A DNA stretch of 64,000 bases from Candidatus Nanohalarchaeota archaeon. GTDB lineage: Archaea > Nanohalarchaeota > Nanosalinia > Nanosalinales > Nanosalinaceae. A program made the translations under genes and the position numbers. Of this stretch, positions 19,901 through 28,392 are shown piece after piece (the first letter of the stretch is position 1; every line of letters starts with the position of its first letter). The notes below the pieces were generated by a model. That model was given only the letters and a program-made list of their open reading frames with translations, searched no databases and was not told the DNA's origin. The stretch is taken from positions 384,001 to 448,000 of the forward strand of contig JALDAJ010000001.1 in assembly GCA_022729235.1 (NCBI GenBank). The letters run 5' to 3'.

Positions 19901-22900
19901 ACGGGTGAGGGTGTGAAGAAAGCCCGTGAGGTTGAGGAAGGAGATAAAGTTTTCACTCCTCTAGAGGTTGATGTCGAAACAGAGGACAAAAAATACCTGG
20001 ATCTAGCAGATATGCTCTTGAACTCTAAGAGGGTGATGGTAAGAGGTGTAGAGGAGAAGGCGGATGCAGCTATCAAAGACCTCGGCGGTCTAAAGGAGGC
20101 ATCTACAGAACTAGGAGTTTCAAAGAAATCTCTGGGTAATTACAAGTATCGAGATAGTATCCCTCTGGACCTGTACCGGGATTTAATGCAGGAGAGTTCT
20201 CAGGATGATAAATTACTGGAAGATACTTCTTTAGCTGCTAAAAGAGACACTGTAGAAATACCTGCTGCGATAGAAGCTGATTCTGACTTCATGAAGCTCC
20301 TGGGATACTACCTGGCAGAAGGCTACACCCGGAAGTCCGAGAAACAGGGAGAAGAATTCTATCAAGTATGCTTCGCGTTTGGAGAACAGGAGCTTGAGGA
20401 TAACATCCGAGAGGTGATAAACAGTGTCTTCGGTATCGAACCGTCCAGACAGGACCATGTCTTGGTTATCAGCTCCAGATTAGTCTATGAGCTCTTCAAG
20501 TCATTAGAAGTCGGAGCAGGTGCGAAAGAAAAGAGGGTCCCGGAATTTGTGAAATCTTTACCAAAAGAAAAAGTCGCTGATATGCTTTCAGCCTACTTTG
20601 CTGGAGACGGGTCAGTTGAAAAGGGAAGGCTCCATGTCCAGGCAACTAGTTCCTCTAGGAAGCTCCTTGATGATATCGACTTCCTGCTGAAGAGGTTCGG
20701 GATTTACACCAGGTACTATCAGAATGATAGAGAGGCAGGGGGAATACTTGTTGATAAGTACGGTGAAGAACACTATGAGGGGAGAACATTTACAACTAAC
20801 AAGCTTCATATCCGGTCTTCTCATGCGGTTACGTTCGGTAAAGAAATAGGCTTTGATCTGGGAAGAAAACAGAAAGCTCTAGAAGCTGATTATAAGAGGG
20901 AACGAAATCCGAGGATTGAGACGGACGGAGAACTTGTGAAAGAAGAGATAAGGTCAAAAGAAACCAGGGAATCTGAAGAACGCTTTATGTATGACATAGA
21001 AGTTGAAGAAACACATAATTTCGTTACAAGAGACAACCTGGTTACTAATAACTGCGACGGTGACGAAGACGCGATATTACTGCTTATGGACGGCCTCCTT
21101 AACTTTTCACGGCAGTTCCTCCCTGATATGACTGGCGCGCGCAGTATAACGAAGGATACACGTATATTTGTCAAGAGAAATGAAGAATTACTGGCTCCTA
21201 CAGCTGAGGAATTGATCGATGAAGTTCTTGAAGATGAAGGGTATGAAACCCGGTCTGACGGATTTGAGGTCTGCAGGAGTTTTGATGACGATATTAAGGC
21301 AGTTTCATTTAGTGAAGATGGAGATGTCGGGTTCACTGATGTATCTGCCCTTATTAGACATGAGAACGATAAGCAGGTTTTCAGGGTGAAGACCTCAAGA
21401 GGCGAGATATCTGTAACCGGAGATCACAGCGTTTTCGTCACAGAAGGAAGGGAGATAGAGGCTAAACCTGTGCGGGAGATAGAAGAAGGTGAATGTATAG
21501 TGGTTCCCTCAAATCCGGATTTAGAAGCTGAAGGACTGCCTGACAAAGTAGATCTATTTGAAGTGATTCCTGACGAAGAATGCTATGTAAAGGTTCCAGA
21601 GGAGGAGCTAGAGGAAATAGGACCTGAGATAAAGCAAGAGGTCACAGAGGATGTAAAGCAGTCCTACAGCGAACATAATATTTACAGGTACAGGACAGGA
21701 AGGAGAGATGCACCTCTCAAGTTCTATAAGGAGGTAGGGGTAGTACCATCCTGCAAGGTGAGACTTCGAGCTGATACTGACCCTGTTAACAGGTTCTTTG
21801 AAGACTGCGATGAACTATACCGCCTTCTAGGTTACCTTCTCTCAGAAGGAGCTCTTGACAGAGGAGATATCTACAACACGGATATAGAATTAATTGAGGA
21901 TGCCAGAGACTGTATCGAGAAGCTTACGGGAGTAAGACCGGATATCAAAGAAGATGTTAGAGAAGAGAGAAAGGTTTGCTATAGTGTCAGGGTTCCGGCT
22001 GCTTTCATGAAGGCTCTGGAAGAGCTTGGTCTTGCCCGGAATAAATTTGATGAGAAAAGAGTTCCCTCGTTTGTATTTGGAGCAGATAAGAGTAAGGTTA
22101 GGAGTTTCATCGAGGCATATAGAAGCGGTGACGGCTCCATATATGAGGAGAAAGGATTTTCCAAGCTCTATACTAAGAGCGGAGAAATGGCTTCACAACT
22201 CTCACTTCTCTTGAGAAAACTTGGGTACAAGTCATCCGCACGCCAGGCAGGAGAGACATGGGAGGTGCTTTATTCGGAGTGGAGGGATAAGGATCCTTAC
22301 TGGCCCCTATGGGATATACTAGATGAAGCTCGTGAAACGCTAAGAGAAGATGGTTTTGACTATGAGGATGTCAAGAGAGAGTTCTCTAACGATAGGACTA
22401 ATGAACGTATGAAAACCGCGTCCAAGGAGAGGGTGGAAGATCTCTATGAAAAAGGAGTTAGTTCTTTAGAGAAGGCGGCTGAAGGCGATATCTCTGTAGA
22501 AAGAGTGGTGGAAATTGAAGAAGCGGATTATGGTGATGACTACGTATATGACCTAGAGGTACCGGAAAAACAGAACTTCCTGTGCGGTCCTCATCCTGTC
22601 TTCGCTCATAACACTATGGATGCGCCATTGATTCTTTCAACAGTTCTCAACCCTGACGAGGTCGATGACGAGGCGTGGGCTATCGAGACGGTCAGTGAGT
22701 ATCCGAGAAGCTTCTACGAAGAGACGCAGGAGTACAAGTATCCGTGGGAGCTTGACACCGATATCGAGATAGGTGAAGATATCGTCCACAGCGATGAGCC
22801 TTTCCGCCACGGCTACACACACGAATCGCAAAATATAGAGAACGGGCCGATGCAGAGCGAGTACGTGACGCTCGACGAGATGAGTGAGAAGACCAGGCAA

Positions 22901-23308
22901 CAGCTCGGGCTTGGTGAGAAGCTGAAGGCGGTGGAGGAGAACAAGGTCGCTGATTTACTGCTACAGAAGCACTTCATCCCTGATATCAAAGGTAATCTCC
23001 GTTCTTTCTCCAGCCAGGAGATGAGGTGTGGTGACTGCAACACCAAGTTCCGTAGAGTGCCGATGACTGCCCAAACAATTGCTCCAACAGGCAAAACCAC
23101 AGCGGAGTGCCCCGAGTGCGGGGGTAAAGTGTTGCTGACGATTTCTGAAGGCACTATCAAGAAGTATATGGAGCCATCGAGAGATATAGTCGAGGAGTTT
23201 GAGGTATCTCCCTATGTCCGACAGCAGATTATAATCCTCAAAGATACACTCCAGAGCCTTTTCGGGAAGGACGACAGGCAGACTGGTATCAAACAGTTCA
23301 CTACATGA
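16955..23308 (+). CDS. polC: DNA polymerase D large subunit DP2 with two inteins (about 1153 aa after splicing)
   Basis: GPIRSAGGT, GGFRLRYG, RMGRPEKA, KRRN/CDGDED, MDAPL, zinc-ribbon Cys clusters. Confidence 0.97.
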   Translation: MKTEEYFESLRSQTERAYDIAEEARSQSKDPEGGVDIPVAEDLPEKASSLVIAAKFPELEDSGVAERIRELEDEYGKNDERVSFEIAREIAEGEFHEFDDLERACEAGIRVGVSYMTGGITTAPLEGIGDVRIRENSDGTDYLAIYYSGPIRSAGGTASAMSVLLSDYVRLNVGLEEFKPSEKVVERYATEVDDYYNRVTSKQYYPDREETKMIADNVPVEVTGSPTEQLEVSNYKDLERVKTNRIRGGMCLVYLDGLPLKAPKIKKRIEKWGEAFGLEHWKWVEEYLELQEELHSSGDDDEEEEEEGFSYTPSDKFLDSMTAGRPVFGHPGKKGGFRLRYGHSRNNGLAATSVHPASMEITERFMATGTQLKTEYPMKGTVTTPCDSIHPPVARLENGDVIRVETREKAREIENKIDEILFLGDMLVAYGEFVENGKRLLPSPYVSEWWEKDLEKALKEGEVKLGRDFSGRDPTPKEAFKISEKLDIPLHPRWTYHWRETSVERFEALYEAVNSGELEGEKVKRCLEDILLEHRVEDGKIELEKQDLLVLQRLLKDNDEPEIDDAREIPGYIEKETRVELREQAPHYVGARMGRPEKAEKRTLEGRPQLLFPCGKQEGGRMRNLSESYRKGEVEQEIIHNKCPECSSFTYFSYCVDCDVAADPVWFCSDCGKEFDEEMDRCGSCGNEDFNRHQRTDIEVEEVIDDALDNLGSRLPELLKSPRGMSGKHRHVEPVEKGLLRQKYGLYVNKDGTVRYDATDIPMTHFRPREISTSVEKLREIGYTEDVNSEPLESEDQVLALKPQDIVIPDTDKSLPASDYFVNVAKFIDDLLEEFYGLKPYYNAEKKEDLIGELVIGLAPHTSGGTVGRIIGFTDAKGIYAHPYWHAGKRRNCLPGDAEVKMADGSTQRLRELYESAGEEEEVDSTGTVEKEMDEEVLTVDGKSINASKASKVIRTPAQDFKIEFETEGGRKFEVFPDHRVKTGEGVKKAREVEEGDKVFTPLEVDVETEDKKYLDLADMLLNSKRVMVRGVEEKADAAIKDLGGLKEASTELGVSKKSLGNYKYRDSIPLDLYRDLMQESSQDDKLLEDTSLAAKRDTVEIPAAIEADSDFMKLLGYYLAEGYTRKSEKQGEEFYQVCFAFGEQELEDNIREVINSVFGIEPSRQDHVLVISSRLVYELFKSLEVGAGAKEKRVPEFVKSLPKEKVADMLSAYFAGDGSVEKGRLHVQATSSSRKLLDDIDFLLKRFGIYTRYYQNDREAGGILVDKYGEEHYEGRTFTTNKLHIRSSHAVTFGKEIGFDLGRKQKALEADYKRERNPRIETDGELVKEEIRSKETRESEERFMYDIEVEETHNFVTRDNLVTNNCDGDEDAILLLMDGLLNFSRQFLPDMTGARSITKDTRIFVKRNEELLAPTAEELIDEVLEDEGYETRSDGFEVCRSFDDDIKAVSFSEDGDVGFTDVSALIRHENDKQVFRVKTSRGEISVTGDHSVFVTEGREIEAKPVREIEEGECIVVPSNPDLEAEGLPDKVDLFEVIPDEECYVKVPEEELEEIGPEIKQEVTEDVKQSYSEHNIYRYRTGRRDAPLKFYKEVGVVPSCKVRLRADTDPVNRFFEDCDELYRLLGYLLSEGALDRGDIYNTDIELIEDARDCIEKLTGVRPDIKEDVREERKVCYSVRVPAAFMKALEELGLARNKFDEKRVPSFVFGADKSKVRSFIEAYRSGDGSIYEEKGFSKLYTKSGEMASQLSLLLRKLGYKSSARQAGETWEVLYSEWRDKDPYWPLWDILDEARETLREDGFDYEDVKREFSNDRTNERMKTASKERVEDLYEKGVSSLEKAAEGDISVERVVEIEEADYGDDYVYDLEVPEKQNFLCGPHPVFAHNTMDAPLILSTVLNPDEVDDEAWAIETVSEYPRSFYEETQEYKYPWELDTDIEIGEDIVHSDEPFRHGYTHESQNIENGPMQSEYVTLDEMSEKTRQQLGLGEKLKAVEENKVADLLLQKHFIPDIKGNLRSFSSQEMRCGDCNTKFRRVPMTAQTIAPTGKTTAECPECGGKVLLTISEGTIKKYMEPSRDIVEEFEVSPYVRQQIIILKDTLQSLFGKDDRQTGIKQFTT
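19631..21052 (+). mobile_element. DP2 intein 1 with LAGLIDADG endonuclease (474 aa)
   Basis: KRRN|CLPGD...LLGYYLAEG...LSAYFAGDG...LVTNN|CDGDED. Confidence 0.93.
21143..22612 (+). mobile_element. DP2 intein 2 with LAGLIDADG endonuclease (490 aa)
   Basis: TGAR|SITKD...VTGDHS...LLGYLLSEG...FIEAYRSGDG...VFAHN|TMDAPL. Confidence 0.93.
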
Positions 23309-23347
23309 CCGCAAGATTATTTAGCCTGGGACTCACGATAAGAAATT

Positions 23348-23881
23348 ATGAACGGAGATGTCGGAATCAAGGAGGTTATGACGGACGGCGTAATAGCCGT
23401 TGAAAAAGACAAGAGTGTAAAAGAGGCTGCACAGCTACTCAAGGAGGAGAACATAAGAGGTCTCGTTGTCGTGGACGGCGGTGAGGCGGTCGGTATCGTT
23501 GTCTGTAGAGACATCGCATACGAGCTCGTTGCAGAGAGCAGGCATCCCCAGGAAGTCAAGGTCAGGGACATAATGAGCACAGACCTTATCGTTGCAGAGG
23601 AAGGAGAACTCCTGAACGACGTTGCTATGGCGATGCTCCGGAACGACATCTCCCGCGTACCAGTTGTGAGAGAGGACATGCTTGTAGGTATTGTAACCCA
23701 GTCCGACATCCTCAGGGCGTGGCCTGGATTCGCTGAGATACTCGAGGAGCAGGAAGAACTTGATGCTCCTGCTGATCCCAGGGAAGAGACAAGGAGCGGT
23801 GTATGCGAGGACTGCGAGAATTACTCAGAGGACCTAAAAGAGGTCGATGGGTTATTGGTGTGTCCTGAGTGCCGATCCTAG
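23348..23881 (+). CDS. CBS-pair protein with C-terminal zinc ribbon
   Basis: Two CBS repeats (VGIVVCRDI, VGIVTQSDI) followed by CEDC...CPEC. Confidence 0.9.
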   Translation: MNGDVGIKEVMTDGVIAVEKDKSVKEAAQLLKEENIRGLVVVDGGEAVGIVVCRDIAYELVAESRHPQEVKVRDIMSTDLIVAEEGELLNDVAMAMLRNDISRVPVVREDMLVGIVTQSDILRAWPGFAEILEEQEELDAPADPREETRSGVCEDCENYSEDLKEVDGLLVCPECRS

Positions 23882-23919
23882 AGTAGGCTTTTTTATCACG
23901 CCGCGACTAAACCTCTCTT

Positions 23920-24372
23920 ATGAGCATGGAAATAGTAGAGGAAATCAGGAGGCAGAGAAGCACTTTCGCCGTCGAGAATCCTGGCTCTGTTTACGCAGAG
24001 ATAAGAGACCTTCTGGAGCGCCGGATGAGCTTTGACAAGGTTACTGAGGAGAAGTATTTCCATGACGTGGAGGAAGGACGGGTAAGATCACATATCGTGA
24101 CAATAGAGTTTTTCGATAACGTGACTAGAGAGGAACTGGAGATATACCTCACAATAGATGAGACCTCGAATGAGCTTGACATACTTGTGAAGGGCAAGCT
24201 TGTAACTGAATACGATGTAGACGGCTGGAGAGATTCGGTCTGGTACTACGCCTATCGCGCCCTCTATGACAAGTTCCTTTACGGTAGTGTCCGGCACGGT
24301 TACGAACCAGCGGTCGAGGAGAAAATTGAGGAACTAATCGAACGTATACGCCAGAACGTGGAGGCGACGTAG
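23920..24372 (+). CDS. Hypothetical protein, paralogue 1 of a tandem triplet
   Basis: Acidic ORF with native codon usage; shares motifs with the next two ORFs. Confidence 0.8.
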   Translation: MSMEIVEEIRRQRSTFAVENPGSVYAEIRDLLERRMSFDKVTEEKYFHDVEEGRVRSHIVTIEFFDNVTREELEIYLTIDETSNELDILVKGKLVTEYDVDGWRDSVWYYAYRALYDKFLYGSVRHGYEPAVEEKIEELIERIRQNVEAT

Positions 24373-24373
24373 G

Positions 24374-24997
24374 ATGGTCGTGTTCACAGAGAATGTGCCT
24401 CCGAAGGCAGACCACCTGTTCGTGCGCGAGGACCCTGCGAGACTTTACCGAGGGCTCAGAGAGCTTCTAGTTGAAGAGTTCGATGTGGACAGGATTGAAG
24501 AGGGCAGGATGGAGTTCAACGTCGAGAAGCCGAAGGACCGTGTCCGGCTACACGCTTACAAGGAGAAAAGCCCTCACACAGTACTTTACTGGAAGTTTTC
24601 GGTTAAAGCCAAGCCCCCTCGTGACGTGTACAAATACGACAGACCTGACGACATACTTAAGGCACGGTACAAGATAACACCCAAGGTCATAACCATGTAT
24701 CCCGGCGGAGAACCGCTATCGTGGATGCCCAAGATCCAGTCAGAGTGGCCGATGGAGAGAATCGGGGCAGGACACCCAGGTCTGACAGCGGAGGAGCTCA
24801 CTAATTTCCAGCGCTCCAAACTCTACGAGGTCCTCATGAATATCTGGTACAAAAAGTTTTATTCCAAGGAGATAGAACGATACAAGGAGGAGGCAGAGGA
24901 GTCCATGCTGCGTATGGTAAACCTGTTCCGCGAAAAATTCGGAGTAGAAAAGGCGGTCTGGAGATCCGGCGCCAGCCACTACGACCCGCCCTGGTGA
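24374..24997 (+). CDS. Hypothetical protein, paralogue 2 of a tandem triplet
   Basis: 1-nt spacing from the previous gene; shares an N-terminal DP..LY..LR.LL motif and a C-terminal helix. Confidence 0.8.
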   Translation: MVVFTENVPPKADHLFVREDPARLYRGLRELLVEEFDVDRIEEGRMEFNVEKPKDRVRLHAYKEKSPHTVLYWKFSVKAKPPRDVYKYDRPDDILKARYKITPKVITMYPGGEPLSWMPKIQSEWPMERIGAGHPGLTAEELTNFQRSKLYEVLMNIWYKKFYSKEIERYKEEAEESMLRMVNLFREKFGVEKAVWRSGASHYDPPW

Positions 24998-25003
24998 TAG
25001 CCG

Positions 25004-25684
25004 ATGAGCGAAGACACAACCTGGTTCCAGAGAAATATACTGCCCTGGCTGCACACACCGGGGACGTACAAGACAGACCACGAGAAGAAGAATTTCAAGG
25101 AAGACGACAATATCTGGCACGAGTTCCATATCTTCGACGGGGAATGGATCGAAATCCAGAACAGGGTGGACTGGTACGAGAGCCCTAACCTACCGAGTAT
25201 ATACGAGGACCACAAGTACATAATGAAGCAGAACATGGGGATGATGAGACCGGAAGAGACGTTCTACCAGCAGAACGTGGACACCAATGCCTTCAAGTCG
25301 GATATGTATTCCCAGGAGGACCTGCCCAGCGGCAGGGGGAAAGTCAGGATAGAGACCAATATATGGACCAAGACCCCGCCCTCGGGGGAGAACGATTTCG
25401 GTATGGCGGAGTACCTGGTACGCACCAAGATACGGTACAGCATCCCAAACGGCGTGACATTCCTTCCGCGTATACTTGCGCGACCACTCAACAGGTTCTT
25501 CAAATGGGCTTTTCTCAAGTATATAGGAGAGGAAATGGTGGAGCGCGACAGTGAGTACGCCCTGGAAAAAGCGAGAGAGTACTACGACTACATCAGGAAG
25601 TACCACGGGGAGGAGCCGATACAGACCAAGTCCCGGCGCGCAGAGTTCGAACCAGCTATAGAGGACGGAGTGTTCTTCCGTTAA
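25004..25684 (+). CDS. Hypothetical protein, paralogue 3 of a tandem triplet
   Basis: GGTGAT SD-like site and 6-nt spacing; more divergent versions of the shared motifs. Confidence 0.75.
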   Translation: MSEDTTWFQRNILPWLHTPGTYKTDHEKKNFKEDDNIWHEFHIFDGEWIEIQNRVDWYESPNLPSIYEDHKYIMKQNMGMMRPEETFYQQNVDTNAFKSDMYSQEDLPSGRGKVRIETNIWTKTPPSGENDFGMAEYLVRTKIRYSIPNGVTFLPRILARPLNRFFKWAFLKYIGEEMVERDSEYALEKAREYYDYIRKYHGEEPIQTKSRRAEFEPAIEDGVFFR

Positions 25685-25695
25685 CGCACTTGGTG

Positions 25696-26122
25696 TTAGG
25701 GAGGACAGTGTTTCTTGAACCAGTCTGCTGTCAGGTCTGTTACTTTGTTCCAAGTTTCATCATAGTCATGACCTGTATCAGGAATCGGCTGTAGGTCTCC
25801 GTCCACGAGTTTCTCCACAGCTCTTCTTGACTCTTCCGGGGAGACCACCTCATCTTCTTCACCGTGGATAATACGGACAGGACATTCTATACCCGACAGG
25901 AGCTCATTCTGGTTTACTGAATTCAGTTCGTCTACTATTTCCGAGTCTATCCATATCAGCTTCCTCTTTTTCTTCAGATAACTGATACTGGGAACGACCC
26001 CACTCATCTTTGTCGCCCGTGAACCTGTGCGACACCACGACAAAAGCGTCGCTATCCGAATTCCAGTACGTTCCAACAAGCGTCTTCCTATGAATGTTCT
26101 CGAAACTTACTTTCTCCGGCAT
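25696..26122 (-). pseudogene. Alpha/beta hydrolase remnant (internal deletion plus frameshift)
   Basis: N-terminal ...VVVSHRFTGDKDE in one frame; C-terminal PVRIIHGEEDEVVS...GHDY in another frame; no GxSxG nucleophile segment. Confidence 0.75.
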
Positions 26123-26176
26123 AAAAATACTGAAGCCGGTAATAAGAAAAAGCTTCTCTTCCCAACGCTTTCTAGA

Positions 26177-26254
26177 GCTGCCCTACGGTCAGCAGCTGTG
26201 AGCGACCCCCTTAACGGGTAGGGTACATGATCGGCTGTGTTACAGGGCAGCAAA
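26177..26254 (+). ncRNA. Box H/ACA guide sRNA predicted to target 23S rRNA helix 69
   Basis: Lower stem GCUGCCCU/AGGGCAGC, pocket ACGGUCA/GUUAC, upper stem CAGCUG/CGGCUG, K-turn (GUGA...AUGAUC), AAA box directly after the stem. Confidence 0.75.
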
Positions 26255-26262
26255 ATCTTACT

Positions 26263-26514
26263 ATGACAGAGGTCTACATCAAGGTAAAACCGGGCGAGGA
26301 CGACAGGTTCAGGATAGAGTTCAAGGACTTTCCCACTATTTACCTGGAAAACGAGGCTGAAGCCGGTAGGGCGAATACAGAACTCGTGAACCGCCTGGAA
26401 CAGGTCCTCGGACAGAAACCGGGTATCGTGTCCGGGCACCAGTCCCGCAGGAAAAAGATACGTGTAGACCTCGAAAAAGAGGAGATAATGGAGAGGCTAA
26501 AAGAACATGGGTAA
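26263..26514 (+). CDS. DUF167/UPF0235 family protein
   Basis: IKVKP...GRANTEL...IVSGHQSRRK; the ATG at 26263 is downstream of the sRNA. Confidence 0.85.
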   Translation: MTEVYIKVKPGEDDRFRIEFKDFPTIYLENEAEAGRANTELVNRLEQVLGQKPGIVSGHQSRRKKIRVDLEKEEIMERLKEHG

Positions 26515-27628
26515 GGTCGCCCAGAAATCGGCGAAGTACGTAATAGACGCGGAACTTGACGCTTCCGGGATAGTTGAAAAGCCGGACGTTGTAGGAGCGA
26601 TTTTCGGGCAGACAGAGGGTCTTCTTGGCGACGAACTCGACCTGAGAGAACTGCAGGAATGTGGGAGGATAGGGAGAATACAGGTTGACGTGAGTAGAGA
26701 AGGTGGCTCATCCTCCGCCACCATCAGGATTCCTTCATCTCTTGATTCCACGGATACTGCGCTTATAGCAGCTTCTCTTGAAACTATCGAACGTGTAGGT
26801 CCTACGAATGCAGATATCAAAGTCGGAGAAATCCGGGACGAACGTGTTTCCAAGCGCGACTACATCAAGAAACGGGCGAAACAGCTGCTGGAAGATCTGA
26901 ACTCGCAGTCACCCGACCACGGCAAGATAAACGAGGAGGTGAAGAAAGAGGTCAGGACGACCGAGATAACTGAATATGAGGGGTTCGAGGCAGGACCTGG
27001 AGCTGAACTCTCCGAGGAAATCGTCCTAGTAGAGGGTCGCGCTGATTTACTTAACCTGCTCAGGCATGGTGTCAAGAACGCCGTTGCGATAGGCGGTACG
27101 TCGGTCCCTGACAAACTCTCCGAACTGGTCGATGACAGGGAAGTGACCGCGTTCCTCGACGGTGACAGGGGCGGCGACCTGATACTGGAAGAGCTGAAGG
27201 AAGACGGACTGGTCTATCACATCGCGAGGGCGCCGGAGAACAAGGAGGTCGAAGAGCTTGGGAAGGAGGAAGTCCACTCACGGCTGAGAGACAGGGAGCC
27301 CGTAAAATTTGTCGAGGCAGAAGAGGTCGAAAGAGACGACGAAAAGATAACTGCGTTGCAAGAAAAACTTGAGGAACTGGTCGGAACCCGCGCAGCTCAC
27401 GCACTTGACAGTGAACTAGAGATTGTTTCGAAGATACCGGCGGGCAAACTACATGAACTAGAGAAGAATTGCCACGCAATCCTCATAGATGGAGAAATCG
27501 ACCGTGACAAGATTGATCGGGCGGAGAAACTTGATGCAGACTACATAGCAGGGATGGAGAAATCCGACATGGCGACCTCTTCAGAAGTAGAGCTGATAAC
27601 TAGAAGCGAGATGGCGGAAGTTAATTGA
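26507..27628 (+). CDS. dnaG: Archaeal DnaG-like TOPRIM protein (exosome-associated)
   Basis: DVVGAIFGQTEGLLG, GRIGRI, VEGRAD, FLDGDRGG. Confidence 0.95.
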   Translation: MGKVAQKSAKYVIDAELDASGIVEKPDVVGAIFGQTEGLLGDELDLRELQECGRIGRIQVDVSREGGSSSATIRIPSSLDSTDTALIAASLETIERVGPTNADIKVGEIRDERVSKRDYIKKRAKQLLEDLNSQSPDHGKINEEVKKEVRTTEITEYEGFEAGPGAELSEEIVLVEGRADLLNLLRHGVKNAVAIGGTSVPDKLSELVDDREVTAFLDGDRGGDLILEELKEDGLVYHIARAPENKEVEELGKEEVHSRLRDREPVKFVEAEEVERDDEKITALQEKLEELVGTRAAHALDSELEIVSKIPAGKLHELEKNCHAILIDGEIDRDKIDRAEKLDADYIAGMEKSDMATSSEVELITRSEMAEVN

Positions 27629-27667
27629 TAAACTGGTTATATAAGCCGAGGCTACAGATAGAGATTT

Positions 27668-27886
27668 ATGGGCTGGGCGGAAAGACGTGTTGAAGAGTAC
27701 CAGGACGGTGATGACGCAACATGGATGGAGCTCAGAGTTTTAGAGCACGCTAACCCGGTACACCTACCTTTAGCCATTATCGGAACTGTTCTCATCGGAT
27801 ACGGGCTCTGGATGCACGACTTTCTATGGATGGGTGCCGGAGTCGGTCTTAACCTTGCAGGACACCTATACTGCTGGATAAAATAA
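27668..27886 (+). CDS. Small membrane protein
   Basis: 72 aa with two hydrophobic segments (LEHANPV...GHLY); TTATATAA about 25 nt upstream. Confidence 0.7.
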   Translation: MGWAERRVEEYQDGDDATWMELRVLEHANPVHLPLAIIGTVLIGYGLWMHDFLWMGAGVGLNLAGHLYCWIK

Positions 27887-28026
27887 GCCCCGCCCGGGAT
27901 TTGAACCCGGGACCTGTCCCTAGCTCGCTCGAAAATCAGAGATCACGATTTTCTCTGTCCTCGTTCTCTAAAAGAGAACTTGAGGCTTACGAGGGGACCG
28001 CTTTAGCCAGGCTGAGCCAGCGAGGC
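27886..28026 (-). tRNA. tRNA-Thr(CGU) with a 66-nt intron at 37/38 (27922-27987)
   Basis: Reverse complement GCCTCGC-TGGCTCAGCCTGGCTAAAGC-G-GTCCC-CT-CGT-A[intron]A-GGGAC...GGTTCAAATCC-CGG-GCGGGGC-T. CUCG/CGAG central helix of a BHB-like motif; CCA not encoded. Confidence 0.92.
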
Positions 28027-28158
28027 GTCTGCCAGTGAAGTTTCTTTCTGGAAGTTTTTTAACCGCTACGTGACTGGTTCGCGGAACTTTTCAAGGGCTG
28101 CTGTATAGGGAATTGATTTAAACGAGCTCTAGAAATTTCCTTGCACGGTGTATAATTT

Positions 28159-28356
28159 ATGCAGGGCAGAATAGGCGAGGTTGCTGGATATGTCTGGGAT
28201 TTCCTTGAAGACCAGGGGGATTCCTCTGTAACGGCTGTGGCGGATGCTATAGATGTTCCAAGCACGAAGGTGTACATGGCTATCGGGTGGCTTGCCCAGG
28301 AGGACAAGATAGATTTTGAAGAAGCTGGTAGAGGTCAGCGAGTCAGGTTGAAGTAG
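28159..28356 (+). CDS. Small winged-helix protein (DUF2582-like)
   Basis: IGEVAGYVW..L...MAIGWLAQEDKI pattern. Confidence 0.8.
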   Translation: MQGRIGEVAGYVWDFLEDQGDSSVTAVADAIDVPSTKVYMAIGWLAQEDKIDFEEAGRGQRVRLK

Positions 28357-28392
28357 CAGACTGTTTATATTTTTGAGCAACAACTGTTTTTC

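Noticed and set aside
26177-26254. Possible 5S rRNA or tRNA fragment
   Set aside because: Too short and lacks the conserved loops; H/ACA geometry explains it better.
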